A stretch of DNA of 64,000 nt from a virus (lineage: Duplodnaviria > Caudoviricetes). Below the pieces are notes generated by a model. The model had not been told where the DNA came from. It made no database searches and saw only the letters and a program-made list of their open reading frames with translations. Positions 63,648-64,000 of the stretch are shown piece after piece. The translations under genes and the position numbers were made by a program. How positions within the stretch are numbered: position 1 is the stretch's first letter; each line of letters starts with the position of its first letter. Where the stretch lies: the IMG/VR virus record IMGVR_UViG_3300048890_000142, positions 1 to 64,000 of that record. One strand, 5' to 3'.

Positions 63648-64000
63648 GCCGCCACCAGCTCGCTGCACTCGCCCCAGTTGGGTCCGATCTCCACGCTCCA
63701 GGTGAGCGGCACGCTGAGCGTCTCGTCGTCGCTGACCACGTCGAGCAGCGTCGCGGCGACCTCGCGGACGTCCTGCTCCGGGACGTCGAGGTCGAACTCG
63801 TCGTGCACGAACAGGGTCAGGTAGTCGCCGAGGCCGGCGTGGTCGGCCGCGACCGCCTTGAGCTTGAGTAGCTCCGCCGCGGTGCCCTGGATCAGGTAGT
63901 TCACCAGGGCGTAGATCCGGCGAGCGTCGGCCACGTGCCGGCGTCCGGTGAGCGGGGAGCGTACGTAGGCGACGCCCTCGTTCGCGAGCCGGCCGTTGGC
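63644..64000 (-). CDS. DNA polymerase family A, C-terminal end (5' truncated)
   Basis: NYLIQGTAA motif and VHDE motif C. Confidence 0.9.
   Translation of the reverse strand, partial: ANGRLANEGVAYVRSPLTGRRHVADARRIYALVNYLIQGTAAELLKLKAVAADHAGLGDYLTLFVHDEFDLDVPEQDVREVAATLLDVVSDDETLSVPLTWSVEIGPNWGECSELVAA

Overview
The window is a large part of a high-GC actinobacteriophage genome, probably a long-tailed siphovirus; host and lifestyle cannot be determined here, and no integrase, tRNA or CRISPR array was seen. From left to right it holds: the 3' end of a P4/D5-type primase-helicase; an AT-rich repeat-laden candidate origin; a terminase-small-subunit-like gene; a leftward array of eight promoter-gene cassettes, most closed by a hairpin (2.2-7.8 kb); a rightward block of about 30 small, mostly coupled accessory genes built from reused domains (8-21.3 kb); an inverted fibre and GH25 endolysin pair; a six-gene nucleotide-sugar/glycosyltransferase operon directly upstream of terL; holin and lysis-accessory genes; head and tail genes; and a leftward regulation/recombination/replication arm (WhiB, DUF932, SSB-like, Sak4-like, Cas4-like exonuclease, SNF2 helicase, RuvC-like, PolA). 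The strongest leads are (i) a full-length GDP-mannose 3,5-epimerase homologue with all catalytic residues replaced, alongside an intact phage glycan pathway, and (ii) the modular early cassette array, where some -35 boxes sit in hairpin loops. All family assignments come from motif recognition by eye, not database searches.
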